A stretch of 64,000 nt of DNA from an uncultured virus (IMG/VR IMGVR_UViG_649633094_000002) (lineage: Duplodnaviria > Heunggongvirae > Uroviricota > Caudoviricetes): IMG/VR virus record IMGVR_UViG_649633094_000002; one strand, given 5' to 3'. The position numbers and the translations under genes were made by a program. How positions within the stretch are numbered: the stretch's first letter is position 1; the number at the start of each line of letters is the position of its first letter. The notes below the pieces were generated by a model, which did no database searches, had not been told where the DNA came from, and saw nothing but the letters and a program-made list of their open reading frames with translations. Shown here one piece after another: positions 17,965 through 26,839 of this stretch.

Positions 17965-20900
17965 TCAGCGTTTTGGCTTCTTCGCTACCGGCTTTTTCTG
18001 TTCCTCCTGTTCCTGCTTGTGCTCACGTTCGGGAGCCTTGAAGGATCTGAGTTCCTTGAAACCAAAAGTATCCACATAGTAAGCCTTTCCCTTTGCGACA
18101 ACAACATCTGATACAGACAAGCTGTGTCCTTTGAAGTCCGCAGGGTGGTCAACATTGAATTTTGTATAGACGGCTTCAAGCTGCCTGCCTATGGTATCCC
18201 CCGTCTTTTCAAAAGGAGAATAGTCGCCCTCATACACCTTGTCATAGGTCGAAATGTCGGGCTTCTTCCCCTGTTCCGCAAGCCGTTCCAGGCTGATGAA
18301 GCGCATATCGCGGGTATCATCACCGCCTTTGAGCTGATAGATCTCGAATGTAGGCTTGTCCTGTGAGGGAATAGGCTGTGTAGGCGAAGCGATAGCAGCT
18401 TTCAGCGCGTCATTACAAGCGAAGTAGTCGCCATAGCACAATACGCCGGTCTGATTGTAGTTTCCATCGTTATTATCGAGGGTGTACTTCACAAGCATAT
18501 GCGTAGTATCGGGCTTATCGTCGCACTTTTCTATGCGGTACTGATTTGGTGCAAGCCCCTGTGACGGATCATACATACGGGCTGATATTTCGTCGATAGT
18601 CTGCGGGTGCATAAGCTCAACGTGAGCCTCGCCCTTACGCTTTTCATACACTTCCATAAGTGCTTCTTTTGCATCGGGTACTGACGATATGCCGTCCTTT
18701 ACGACAGTTACAATACCGTCAGCAGCAATGCCCACAACAGCATACTTGCCGTTGTTGTTCTGACGTACCCCGTAATACTCGGTCGGAAAATCGGCTGTCC
18801 CAGCGGTGTCTATCCTATGCTCATACGCCGCCTTGAAACGCTCAAATTCCTCCTTGTTTTCGGGGGCGTATGTTTTCTCTGAGAGCATATCATAGACCTC
18901 GGGTGTCATATCGCCTGTCCCTGGCATACCGTTTGCATCAATGTAATGTGCGTTTATCTTAGTGACCTTTTTGTAGAAGTCGGCAGCGGGCAGACCGCTT
19001 TCTTTCTGCTCACGATCGTATGCGTCATTGTCCAGCCAGCCAATGCCCTCAACAAAATATTCATCGGCAGAAGTATTGTAATACTTGGTTTCGGGGATAC
19101 CCCTGAAATCGTCCGAGATAGACACCTTTTCCACCGCAAGCAGGTACTTGTCCTTGAAAAAGTCAGGAAGCTCCTTCTTTTCTTCAACAACAGCGTGTTC
19201 TCTCTGTAAATGGAATTTCTTGTCGATCAATTCCTCAAAAAGATGGTTCATGATGACGGGGTGTGTTTCCGTGAGATATTTCAGCCTTGTTTTGTCGCTG
19301 TCAAACATATACTGCCGCGCCATATCCTTGACCTCATTTGTAAAACGTCCGTCCTGCATTTTTAGCTGTATCGTCGCAGCGACCGTATACATAGCACGTT
19401 CGATACCAAACTTGTCCGTGAGGGTCTGAACGAACCCCGACAGGTTTCTGTTCTCATACGCGGAGTGGATATTCTGCTCAATGTAGTCACGGCAAGCCTG
19501 CGAAGCCTTTATGCTTGCTTGCAGATCTGAGATCCGCCCATTCATTTTCGCATCCATGTAGGACTCCACCACGACAGGAACGGACTTGTAATCAAAAACA
19601 GCATTTGACCGCGGCGGCATATCCGAGAGCGTATCAAAAAGCGCATCGGGAATAGTGCCGCCCTGTCTTGGGATATTATCGAAATCTCCCGTGAATGGAC
19701 GAGCGTTTCCGAAGCCGCCTCTGTCAGCATAAGCCGGTGCGCCGTATGCCGGCTGATTGTTCTGCTGATAATTATTCTGGTTATTGGTGCGGCTGTTCTG
19801 AGAATACATCTGCTTTACCTCAGCGACCGCCGCTTCATAGCGAGGAATATCAGCCTTGTTTATGGTTATCGTGGTCGTATATCCTTTACGCAAACCGCTG
19901 AACCTAACGCCGTACTCATTCAACTTCTGTGCGATATTATCGGCGTGACGATTTTTCAGCTTCGGATAATACTGTAAATCGGTTTTCTGTCCCAACTGGT
20001 CATAGGGTGTGTTGCCGATGACATTCGGATTGCTCTGCTGCGGCTGTGCCGGCTGATTATTGTAGCCATTCTGCTGAAACGCCCCCTGCTGTCTGCCGCT
20101 CGTCATATTACCGAGCCTTTGCAGCAGCACATTAGCTTCACCGGATACCTGTGCATCACCTACAGTGCTTACGACCTTACTCAGAAAAGTATTTATGCTC
20201 TGAACATCGCCATTGGCGATATTATTCGCAACACTTTGTATACCGCGCTCACGGTCGCCTGCAACATTGCGGTATCCGTTTGTGTTGTAGTTATACATAA
20301 ATGCTTCGATGTCACGCGCAAGCATATCGGGACTGTCATTATTCTGCTGATAACCGCCGCCCTGCCTGCTGTTGTTACGCTGATCGTACATCTGCTTGAC
20401 CTTATCGACCGCCGCTTCGTAGCGAGGAATATCCGCTGAATTTATGGTAATCGTAGTAGTGCCGCCCTTTATCACGCCGCTGTATCTGATACCGTCCGCA
20501 TCGAGCTGGCGAGCGATATTCTGAGCGTGTTTATTGTTCAGCCCCTTGTAATACTGGAGCTGTCCCCTGCCGCCAAGCTGATCGTAAGGCGTGTTGCCGA
20601 TAATGTTACTGTTCCTCTGCTGATAGCCGCCCTGCTGCGGAAAATTTCTCTGATTGTAGCTATCATAAAACTGCTGATTTCTCACGTTTCCTAAACCTCC
20701 CTTGTCGAAATCAAGTTCCGCCGAATACTGATACTCGCTTAATGCTATGTTTGCCGTGTCGGGAGCATTACGCACCTCGTCTATGCTTGTCGCCTGTTTT
20801 CCTTCGATGAAAACATCAAGACCCCTGCCCCACATTTCAATAGCTTCCGCTTTCGATACGGGGTACAAATCGGGGTTATCCTCGGCAGCAACAATGCGCT

Positions 20901-22239
20901 TCGGCTCTTTTTCAATACCGTACAGACCGGAGAAGTTTTCAATCTCCTCACGGCTTTCAGCCATGCCCTCTGTACCGTCTGGATACAAAAGATAGACTGC
21001 TTCACCCCTATCATAAGCGGCGAGGGCCTCCTCAGTTGTATCAATAGGGTTCATATACTGAAAGTCGTAGCCGTAGCTATTGCGCTGATTTATCGTGTTG
21101 GCGGTATCATCGATAGTTTTGAACACCGATCCGATATCCGTTTCATTTTCAGCCAGCTCCATGATTTTTGCGGTGTCGCTGTCCTCAAAAACAACTCCGT
21201 TCTGCTGAACTATATCGAGATACATTTCCGCCTTCTGAACATTTGATAATTCGGTATCGTCCATAATTTCGTTGACCGTCAGATCACGCTTTTTGTATTT
21301 CAGAAGTTCCGAGTCAATAGCCGTGAAAAGTGTCTGCGATGTTTTCTGAATTTCATCAAGAAACTTGTTCAGTTGGTCAAGCTGTTTTCCCTCCGACCAT
21401 GAAGCAATATACGGGAAAGAATAGTCCGAAGTGTTAACCCCCAGCTTCTCGCAGACGATAAATGCAATTGATTCCGCCTGCACCTCTTTTTCATTTCGTG
21501 GTGATTTGGTCGTAACGATCTTTTTATCGGGATCGTGCAGCAGACAGTGAGCAGATTCGTGAACGACAGTCTTTAGCACCTGCTCGCCGCTCATACCTGT
21601 CTTTATTATAATACTTTTTGCCGAGGGACTGTAGTATCCTTTTGCGCCTCCGGTTATGGTGCGATACTCAGGTGCAATCCCCGTTGCTTTCTTTATCCCC
21701 TTGAAAATAACGTTCAGCTTTTCTTCGTCTATCTCGCCCACAAGCTCCTGAACAGGGTCAGGGATTGGCTTTCCGTCCGTCTGCGAAAGGTCGAAAACAT
21801 ACTGTTTCTTGAACCGCATTTCAACAATGTTCTTTTCCACCGTTTCCATCTGTTCGGTGCCGTCATCGTTATACAGTTTATTTCCCCACTCGTCCTCCGC
21901 CTGACGTTCTATCTCTACAAACTGATTAGTTTTATGGGGAACGGGCGACATTATGATAATGCCGCTTTCTCCTTTGTTGACAGAGCGACCAAGTTTCTTC
22001 CACAGCCCGAACGAACCCACAAGAGTCGCGTCCGGGCGCTGTAAATTGATAAGCATCGTATTTCTCGCAGAGTAGTCAGTGAACTTCGACACGAATTTCA
22101 GATACTCCTTGTACTTCTCCGATGAAAATACTGCGTGCACACCGTTATCAATACGCTTGAATATATCCTGCATTTCCTGTTGCAGCCTTCGCTGATACTC
22201 GGCACGTTCCTCGGGGGTAAAACTCTTTTTCCAAGCCAT
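17965..22239 (-). CDS. Polyvalent protein: ArdC-like ssDNA-binding domain, HExxH metallopeptidase-like domain, duplicated ~75-aa module, DUF3849-like and YodL-like domains
   Basis: YSARNTMLI..QRPDAT.VGSF..WKKLGRSV.KGE; VVHESAH; EVQAESIAF; C-terminal FEIYQLK...HPADFKGHSLSVSDVV...YYVDTFGF. Confidence 0.85.
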   Translation of the reverse strand: MAWKKSFTPEERAEYQRRLQQEMQDIFKRIDNGVHAVFSSEKYKEYLKFVSKFTDYSARNTMLINLQRPDATLVGSFGLWKKLGRSVNKGESGIIIMSPVPHKTNQFVEIERQAEDEWGNKLYNDDGTEQMETVEKNIVEMRFKKQYVFDLSQTDGKPIPDPVQELVGEIDEEKLNVIFKGIKKATGIAPEYRTITGGAKGYYSPSAKSIIIKTGMSGEQVLKTVVHESAHCLLHDPDKKIVTTKSPRNEKEVQAESIAFIVCEKLGVNTSDYSFPYIASWSEGKQLDQLNKFLDEIQKTSQTLFTAIDSELLKYKKRDLTVNEIMDDTELSNVQKAEMYLDIVQQNGVVFEDSDTAKIMELAENETDIGSVFKTIDDTANTINQRNSYGYDFQYMNPIDTTEEALAAYDRGEAVYLLYPDGTEGMAESREEIENFSGLYGIEKEPKRIVAAEDNPDLYPVSKAEAIEMWGRGLDVFIEGKQATSIDEVRNAPDTANIALSEYQYSAELDFDKGGLGNVRNQQFYDSYNQRNFPQQGGYQQRNSNIIGNTPYDQLGGRGQLQYYKGLNNKHAQNIARQLDADGIRYSGVIKGGTTTITINSADIPRYEAAVDKVKQMYDQRNNSRQGGGYQQNNDSPDMLARDIEAFMYNYNTNGYRNVAGDRERGIQSVANNIANGDVQSINTFLSKVVSTVGDAQVSGEANVLLQRLGNMTSGRQQGAFQQNGYNNQPAQPQQSNPNVIGNTPYDQLGQKTDLQYYPKLKNRHADNIAQKLNEYGVRFSGLRKGYTTTITINKADIPRYEAAVAEVKQMYSQNSRTNNQNNYQQNNQPAYGAPAYADRGGFGNARPFTGDFDNIPRQGGTIPDALFDTLSDMPPRSNAVFDYKSVPVVVESYMDAKMNGRISDLQASIKASQACRDYIEQNIHSAYENRNLSGFVQTLTDKFGIERAMYTVAATIQLKMQDGRFTNEVKDMARQYMFDSDKTRLKYLTETHPVIMNHLFEELIDKKFHLQREHAVVEEKKELPDFFKDKYLLAVEKVSISDDFRGIPETKYYNTSADEYFVEGIGWLDNDAYDREQKESGLPAADFYKKVTKINAHYIDANGMPGTGDMTPEVYDMLSEKTYAPENKEEFERFKAAYEHRIDTAGTADFPTEYYGVRQNNNGKYAVVGIAADGIVTVVKDGISSVPDAKEALMEVYEKRKGEAHVELMHPQTIDEISARMYDPSQGLAPNQYRIEKCDDKPDTTHMLVKYTLDNNDGNYNQTGVLCYGDYFACNDALKAAIASPTQPIPSQDKPTFEIYQLKGGDDTRDMRFISLERLAEQGKKPDISTYDKVYEGDYSPFEKTGDTIGRQLEAVYTKFNVDHPADFKGHSLSVSDVVVAKGKAYYVDTFGFKELRSFKAPEREHKQEQEEQKKPVAKKPKR

Positions 22240-22252
22240 TCTTTACTCCCCC

Positions 22253-22729
22253 TTAAAGCTCGTCATATTCCGATAAATAACTATAATCGGAAATGGTTAT
22301 GCCCTTGCCTTCGATCATGCTTTTCAGCTCATCGGGGGTAATCACCTTATGCGGCTGATCTCCGATAGTTATGACTTCCTCATCAACCGCCGCCATGCGT
22401 TCGTTATAGCGTTCTCTATACTCAGCCCGCCACTGCTGCCGCAGTTCCAGTGCCGCATTGAAAACCTCATAAACGTATCTGCTCGCAAGATCGGCAACGG
22501 TGCATTTGCCCGAAACAAAGTCATTGTCAATTTTATCGAGCAAAATTGTATCATCATGTTTCTTTTGATACATCATGAGCTTGACAACCACTCTGCCACT
22601 GATGTAAAATGTAAGTACGGCGGTATATCCGTGAACAAATACCTTAACCTCGGTGCTCTGATTTTTCACGCTGACAGCGTACTCTTTGAAGCCGCACATA
22701 AGGGCTTCATTCTGCACCAGCGTCATCAC
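22253..22729 (-). CDS. Hypothetical protein
   Basis: 158-aa ORF filling the operon gap on the coding strand. Confidence 0.65.
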   Translation of the reverse strand: MMTLVQNEALMCGFKEYAVSVKNQSTEVKVFVHGYTAVLTFYISGRVVVKLMMYQKKHDDTILLDKIDNDFVSGKCTVADLASRYVYEVFNAALELRQQWRAEYRERYNERMAAVDEEVITIGDQPHKVITPDELKSMIEGKGITISDYSYLSEYDEL

Positions 22730-22772
22730 GCTTTTCTGAAAATCACGGTATAGATCTATTTTCTTGATATTA

Positions 22773-23888
22773 TCATCTCCCTCTGTGTTTTGCAGGCTTT
22801 GGTATTCCGGGCTTGTCTGCGATGACCTTGCTTTCGGAAAGCTCCTGCTTCTGTTTCTGTTCCATCATCTGCTTTACCGCCTGCGCCGTTCTAAGCCTGT
22901 ATGCCGTGTCCTCAATAGCAGTATCTATCTCGGCAACTCCGTGAAGCTGGGTCATCGTGTCCCACTCCTGGTAAATTTCATCAAGAACGTTATCCGTATC
23001 AAGCAAAACTTGCAAATCATCGGGGCTTAATGAAGTCATATTAGTGTTGCAAAAATCAACAATATAGTCCTTGTTGTAGATCTCATACGCCGACTTGATT
23101 ATCCTATCCGGGTCGCCCTGCTTCAGTTCAGCTATATATTTTTCATACTCCCCCGCCACCTTATCCGCAAGTTTTGACATTCCTTTATTTACCTGAAAAT
23201 CGGAATACTTCTGGTCGAGGATATACGGTGTGAGCTTTTCTATGTTTTCACCCATACTGCTTTTCAGGTATTCGCTGAACTGTAACCAGTCGGGCTGCTC
23301 GATTATCTTGAATATTGCCGCCGCCAGCCGATGATCGTCAAATCTCATGCGGTCGCCCTCGGCAAGTGCAGCATCAATATCTTTGAAGGTGGATAAATGC
23401 TCTCCCGAATATTCAGAGGTCAGCGTCATACCAAGTGCCGCCATTTCACGGGCAAGTCCGGGGTCAAGAAATAACCCCTTATCGCCAGCGTAATATGCTC
23501 CCGATTTTACAAACTCCGCAAGCTCACGGTAGGTCTTTTGAGTATCATTTTCCGCTACAAAAAGATTTACCGCAGTTCTTCTCGGAAGCTCTCTGTCAAT
23601 GGATTCGAGAAAGGCACCGAGGTCACGCTCATTGCGGTTGGAATTGACCGAGCTGTGCGCTATCTGCATCACATCAAAATTATCTATCAGCCTTGTGTCG
23701 CAGGCGTGTATCAGCTCATCAACTGTTCTGGGGCTGTACCGTGTGCTCGCAAAAACAACGGCGGTCGGGGCATAGGAAGAAATAAAGTCGAGCGTTCTGT
23801 CGGAATAATTCATCTCTAAGACTTTTGCGAACATATACGGATCAAGCAGGTTGGAAAGCTGTTTCAGATTGTCATCTCTGCTGTTCAT
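22773..23888 (-). CDS. Tandem paralogue 4, C-terminal DUF3848-like domain
   Basis: KSGAY motif; KVAGEYEKYIAEL...IIKSAYEI...LLDTDNVLDEIYQEW. Confidence 0.75.
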   Translation of the reverse strand: MNSRDDNLKQLSNLLDPYMFAKVLEMNYSDRTLDFISSYAPTAVVFASTRYSPRTVDELIHACDTRLIDNFDVMQIAHSSVNSNRNERDLGAFLESIDRELPRRTAVNLFVAENDTQKTYRELAEFVKSGAYYAGDKGLFLDPGLAREMAALGMTLTSEYSGEHLSTFKDIDAALAEGDRMRFDDHRLAAAIFKIIEQPDWLQFSEYLKSSMGENIEKLTPYILDQKYSDFQVNKGMSKLADKVAGEYEKYIAELKQGDPDRIIKSAYEIYNKDYIVDFCNTNMTSLSPDDLQVLLDTDNVLDEIYQEWDTMTQLHGVAEIDTAIEDTAYRLRTAQAVKQMMEQKQKQELSESKVIADKPGIPKPAKHRGR

Positions 23889-24979
23889 CTTGCTCCCCCT
23901 TTCTTTTTCGGCAGCTGCGGTTTATCCGCAAGTATATCTTCGTTTTTGGATTTTGACCTTTTCTGCTGTTCCAGAATACTGTCTGCCGCATACTCCATAG
24001 CTTTCGGAATATCGTCATAGGTTTTGAGATACTCGCGTTTCAGCCAAGCGGAATATATCTCATCAAGAGGGTTCTCGGCTGACATCAGCGCACCATACTG
24101 CTCCTCGGTAATATCCGCAGGCTCGGATTCAATATATGACTGAATGTTGGTTTTTACAGTGATCTCGTAACTGCACTTTATGGCTTCATCGACACCCTGC
24201 TCACGAATACCGTGGATAAAGGCTTCAAAGTTTCTGTCAACCTTACGGCTGAGTTCAATGTTCAGCTCCTCCACACGGTACTCCTGATAAGCTTCCACCA
24301 GTCCGTCAACGGTCATGTGTTCAATGTCCTCCATATCTTCCGCTATGTAATTACGAAAATCTTCCCAATCGGGATTGCTCCGCATTTCGTTTATCTTCAC
24401 AGCAAGTGCCGACCTTGAAAAAGTGATGCTGTCACCATCCGCAATGGTCTGCTCGATGTCTTTTACAAGATAAAAATCGTTGCTCTTGTCGTATGCGAAA
24501 AGCTCTATGCCCAGCTTGTTGATCTCACGGGCTACATCGGGATCGAGAGCAACAAAAGTGTTGTCGCCAACCTGATACGCACCCGATTTCACCATCGAAT
24601 ATATCTCATTATAGCTCCAGTCCTCGAACTTCGCCGCTACCAAAATGCGTGAAGCGGTCTGTGTGTCCAGCCCTGCGGCAATAGAAGAAAAATAGTCGTT
24701 AAAATACTTCTCACTGCCGCCGGAAACCAAGCTGTAATTTGTGATATGGAGAAGATCGCCCATAGTTATTATATTGCTGTCAAAAGCCTTGACAAGACGC
24801 TCCACACCCTCATTACTAAGTTTTGTATGCGCCAGCCTGTCGGCAAGCTCGCGGCTGTTGTTCGCCATGACCTCTAACACATAGTCGGGAAAATGATGAC
24901 TAACGATCTTTGCGTATTCCGCATTATCGACCATGTTGCACAGCTTCTCCATGCTTTCTGCTCGTGTAATATTGCTCAC
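23885..24979 (-). CDS. Tandem paralogue 3, C-terminal DUF3848-like domain
   Basis: KSGAY motif; AIKCSYEITVK...ALMSAENPLDEIYSAW. Confidence 0.75.
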   Translation of the reverse strand: MSNITRAESMEKLCNMVDNAEYAKIVSHHFPDYVLEVMANNSRELADRLAHTKLSNEGVERLVKAFDSNIITMGDLLHITNYSLVSGGSEKYFNDYFSSIAAGLDTQTASRILVAAKFEDWSYNEIYSMVKSGAYQVGDNTFVALDPDVAREINKLGIELFAYDKSNDFYLVKDIEQTIADGDSITFSRSALAVKINEMRSNPDWEDFRNYIAEDMEDIEHMTVDGLVEAYQEYRVEELNIELSRKVDRNFEAFIHGIREQGVDEAIKCSYEITVKTNIQSYIESEPADITEEQYGALMSAENPLDEIYSAWLKREYLKTYDDIPKAMEYAADSILEQQKRSKSKNEDILADKPQLPKKKGGAR

Positions 24980-26109
24980 CTCCTGAATTTCTTTCCCGGC
25001 TTGAAATGCGGCTTGTCCTGCAAATCATCAGCCATAGTTTTCTTTGCAAGCTCCGCCGCCAGCTTCCGTTCACGTTCCCGGGCAGCTATCAGCTTATCGG
25101 CGGTGTTTTCAATAATGACCTCAATATCCGTATCGGCAAAATCATCGTCGCTGCGCCACTGCTCATAGATAGCGTTCAGAGCGTTATTACTTGACATGAG
25201 TGCATCCGTTTTCTGTTCGGGTATCAGCTGCGGAACTTCCGTCATAAACATTTTTATCTGTTCCTTGATGACGATCTCATACGCCGAACCTATGATCTGT
25301 TCGGGCGGTCGTTTCTTGATATCTTCCATGAAAGCAGTATGCTCAGCCGCTACCTTGTCCACCAGCTTGTCAGCATAACGCTCCATAGAAAAATATCGGT
25401 ACTGCGCTCTGAGTTCATCGCCAGTAAGTTGTGTCCTGTCTATGCCCAGATGCTTCTGAAACCACGCTTTGAAATCGTGCCAATCGGGGTACGCCATCAT
25501 TTCATTGACAGCGACCGCCAGCTTCGGAAACTTGACAAGTTTTATTCTGTCTCCCTTTTTGACTGCTTCATCAAAATCCGATTTTTGTGTGAGATCGTAG
25601 TATGTGCCTTCTTTTCGCATAGCGGTCAAAGGCACACCGAGGTCACGAAGCTCGGCTGCCACTCCCGTATTCAGACCAATGCTTGCGAACTGCGTCGGAT
25701 AATATGCGCCGCTTTTTATAAGTGCCATAAGACCGTGATAGGTGTCAGGCTCATAGGAAGTTGCGGTGAGAATCCGTGCGGCGGTGGTATGATTTATCTC
25801 CTTCGCCCTGAGCGAGCGGATAAAATCATCAATATATTCCTCACACCCGAAATCATAGCAAGAGTATTCCATAATGTGCAGAAGATCCTTCCAGTCGAAC
25901 AGCTTATCGTCATAAGCGATTATCAGCTTTTCGATGCTCTCAACGTCAAATTTTGATTCTGCAAAACGCTCGACATAACCCCTATCAAATTCAGCCATGA
26001 CCGCAATTGCTTGGTCGGAATAATCACAAGCGATTATCCTCGCCATCTGTTCCTTTGACAGCACCTCCGCAAGACTTGCAAGGTTATCATCACGATTTGT
26101 TTGTATCAT
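24976..26109 (-). CDS. Tandem paralogue 2, C-terminal DUF3848-like domain
   Basis: KSGAY motif; KVAAEHTAF...PPEQIIGSAYEIVIKE...NALNAIYEQW. Confidence 0.75.
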   Translation of the reverse strand: MIQTNRDDNLASLAEVLSKEQMARIIACDYSDQAIAVMAEFDRGYVERFAESKFDVESIEKLIIAYDDKLFDWKDLLHIMEYSCYDFGCEEYIDDFIRSLRAKEINHTTAARILTATSYEPDTYHGLMALIKSGAYYPTQFASIGLNTGVAAELRDLGVPLTAMRKEGTYYDLTQKSDFDEAVKKGDRIKLVKFPKLAVAVNEMMAYPDWHDFKAWFQKHLGIDRTQLTGDELRAQYRYFSMERYADKLVDKVAAEHTAFMEDIKKRPPEQIIGSAYEIVIKEQIKMFMTEVPQLIPEQKTDALMSSNNALNAIYEQWRSDDDFADTDIEVIIENTADKLIAARERERKLAAELAKKTMADDLQDKPHFKPGKKFRR

Positions 26110-26112
26110 ACG

Positions 26113-26835
26113 TCACCTCTTTTTCGAGCGCACGGGCGCAGCCTTGTATTCGGAATAATATTTCTCCATATCATCGGCAGAAATATCTTCTGTTTCTCTT
26201 GAAAGCAGATACTTGTAAAAGCTGTCCCAGTCGTCTTTACTCATGTACTCACAGATAGTCTGCACCAACTTAGTGCTGCCGCCCCGGATACAATCGCCGT
26301 ACTTGATACTGTCCTCGACATTTATTACTCCGCTCGGGATATGCCCCTTTCGGCTCGCCCTCAGCGGTACTTTCAGTTTGAAAAGCACTCTTGCGACCTC
26401 ATAAGACAGCGACAGCGTTCCGTATTTCGTCGGGAAATATGCACCCGACTTCACCTTGCCTACAAGGGTATCGTAGTCCTCCTGCTCATAGTTATCCGCA
26501 ACAAAAATATTAGTCGCTGTCTTACGGCTCATGCCGCCGCCCTTTATGCACTCGATATATTTCTTCACATCGACCTCGTTGCCGTTGCGAAAGGTGGAAT
26601 ACCTCATGACGTGCAGCAGGTCGGCACCGTCGATTATCTTTTCGGAATACGCTTTTGTAAGGGTATCCACCGTTTCCGCAGAATACATTGTATCGGTGAA
26701 CACCTTTGCTTTCTTTTTATCCGCCGCCGCTATGACCGAAAGGGTATTATCATCATACCCTTTCGCGATCACAGCAGCGAGAGCCTGACCGCCGAGATTG
26801 GCGGCTATCTGCTCAATCGCTTCATCTCTTGTCAT
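26113..26835 (-). CDS. Tandem paralogue 1 (shared N-terminal region only)
   Basis: DLLHVMRYS, KSGAYFP; AGGAG RBS before ATG 26835. Confidence 0.7.
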   Translation of the reverse strand: MTRDEAIEQIAANLGGQALAAVIAKGYDDNTLSVIAAADKKKAKVFTDTMYSAETVDTLTKAYSEKIIDGADLLHVMRYSTFRNGNEVDVKKYIECIKGGGMSRKTATNIFVADNYEQEDYDTLVGKVKSGAYFPTKYGTLSLSYEVARVLFKLKVPLRASRKGHIPSGVINVEDSIKYGDCIRGGSTKLVQTICEYMSKDDWDSFYKYLLSRETEDISADDMEKYYSEYKAAPVRSKKR

Positions 26836-26839
26836 TTCA

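Noticed and set aside
17835..18041. 68-aa ORF crossing the right inverted repeat as a shufflon-type variable gene
   Set aside because: Weak RBS, runs through a terminator, and in the flipped state it stops before reaching the SLOG-like gene.
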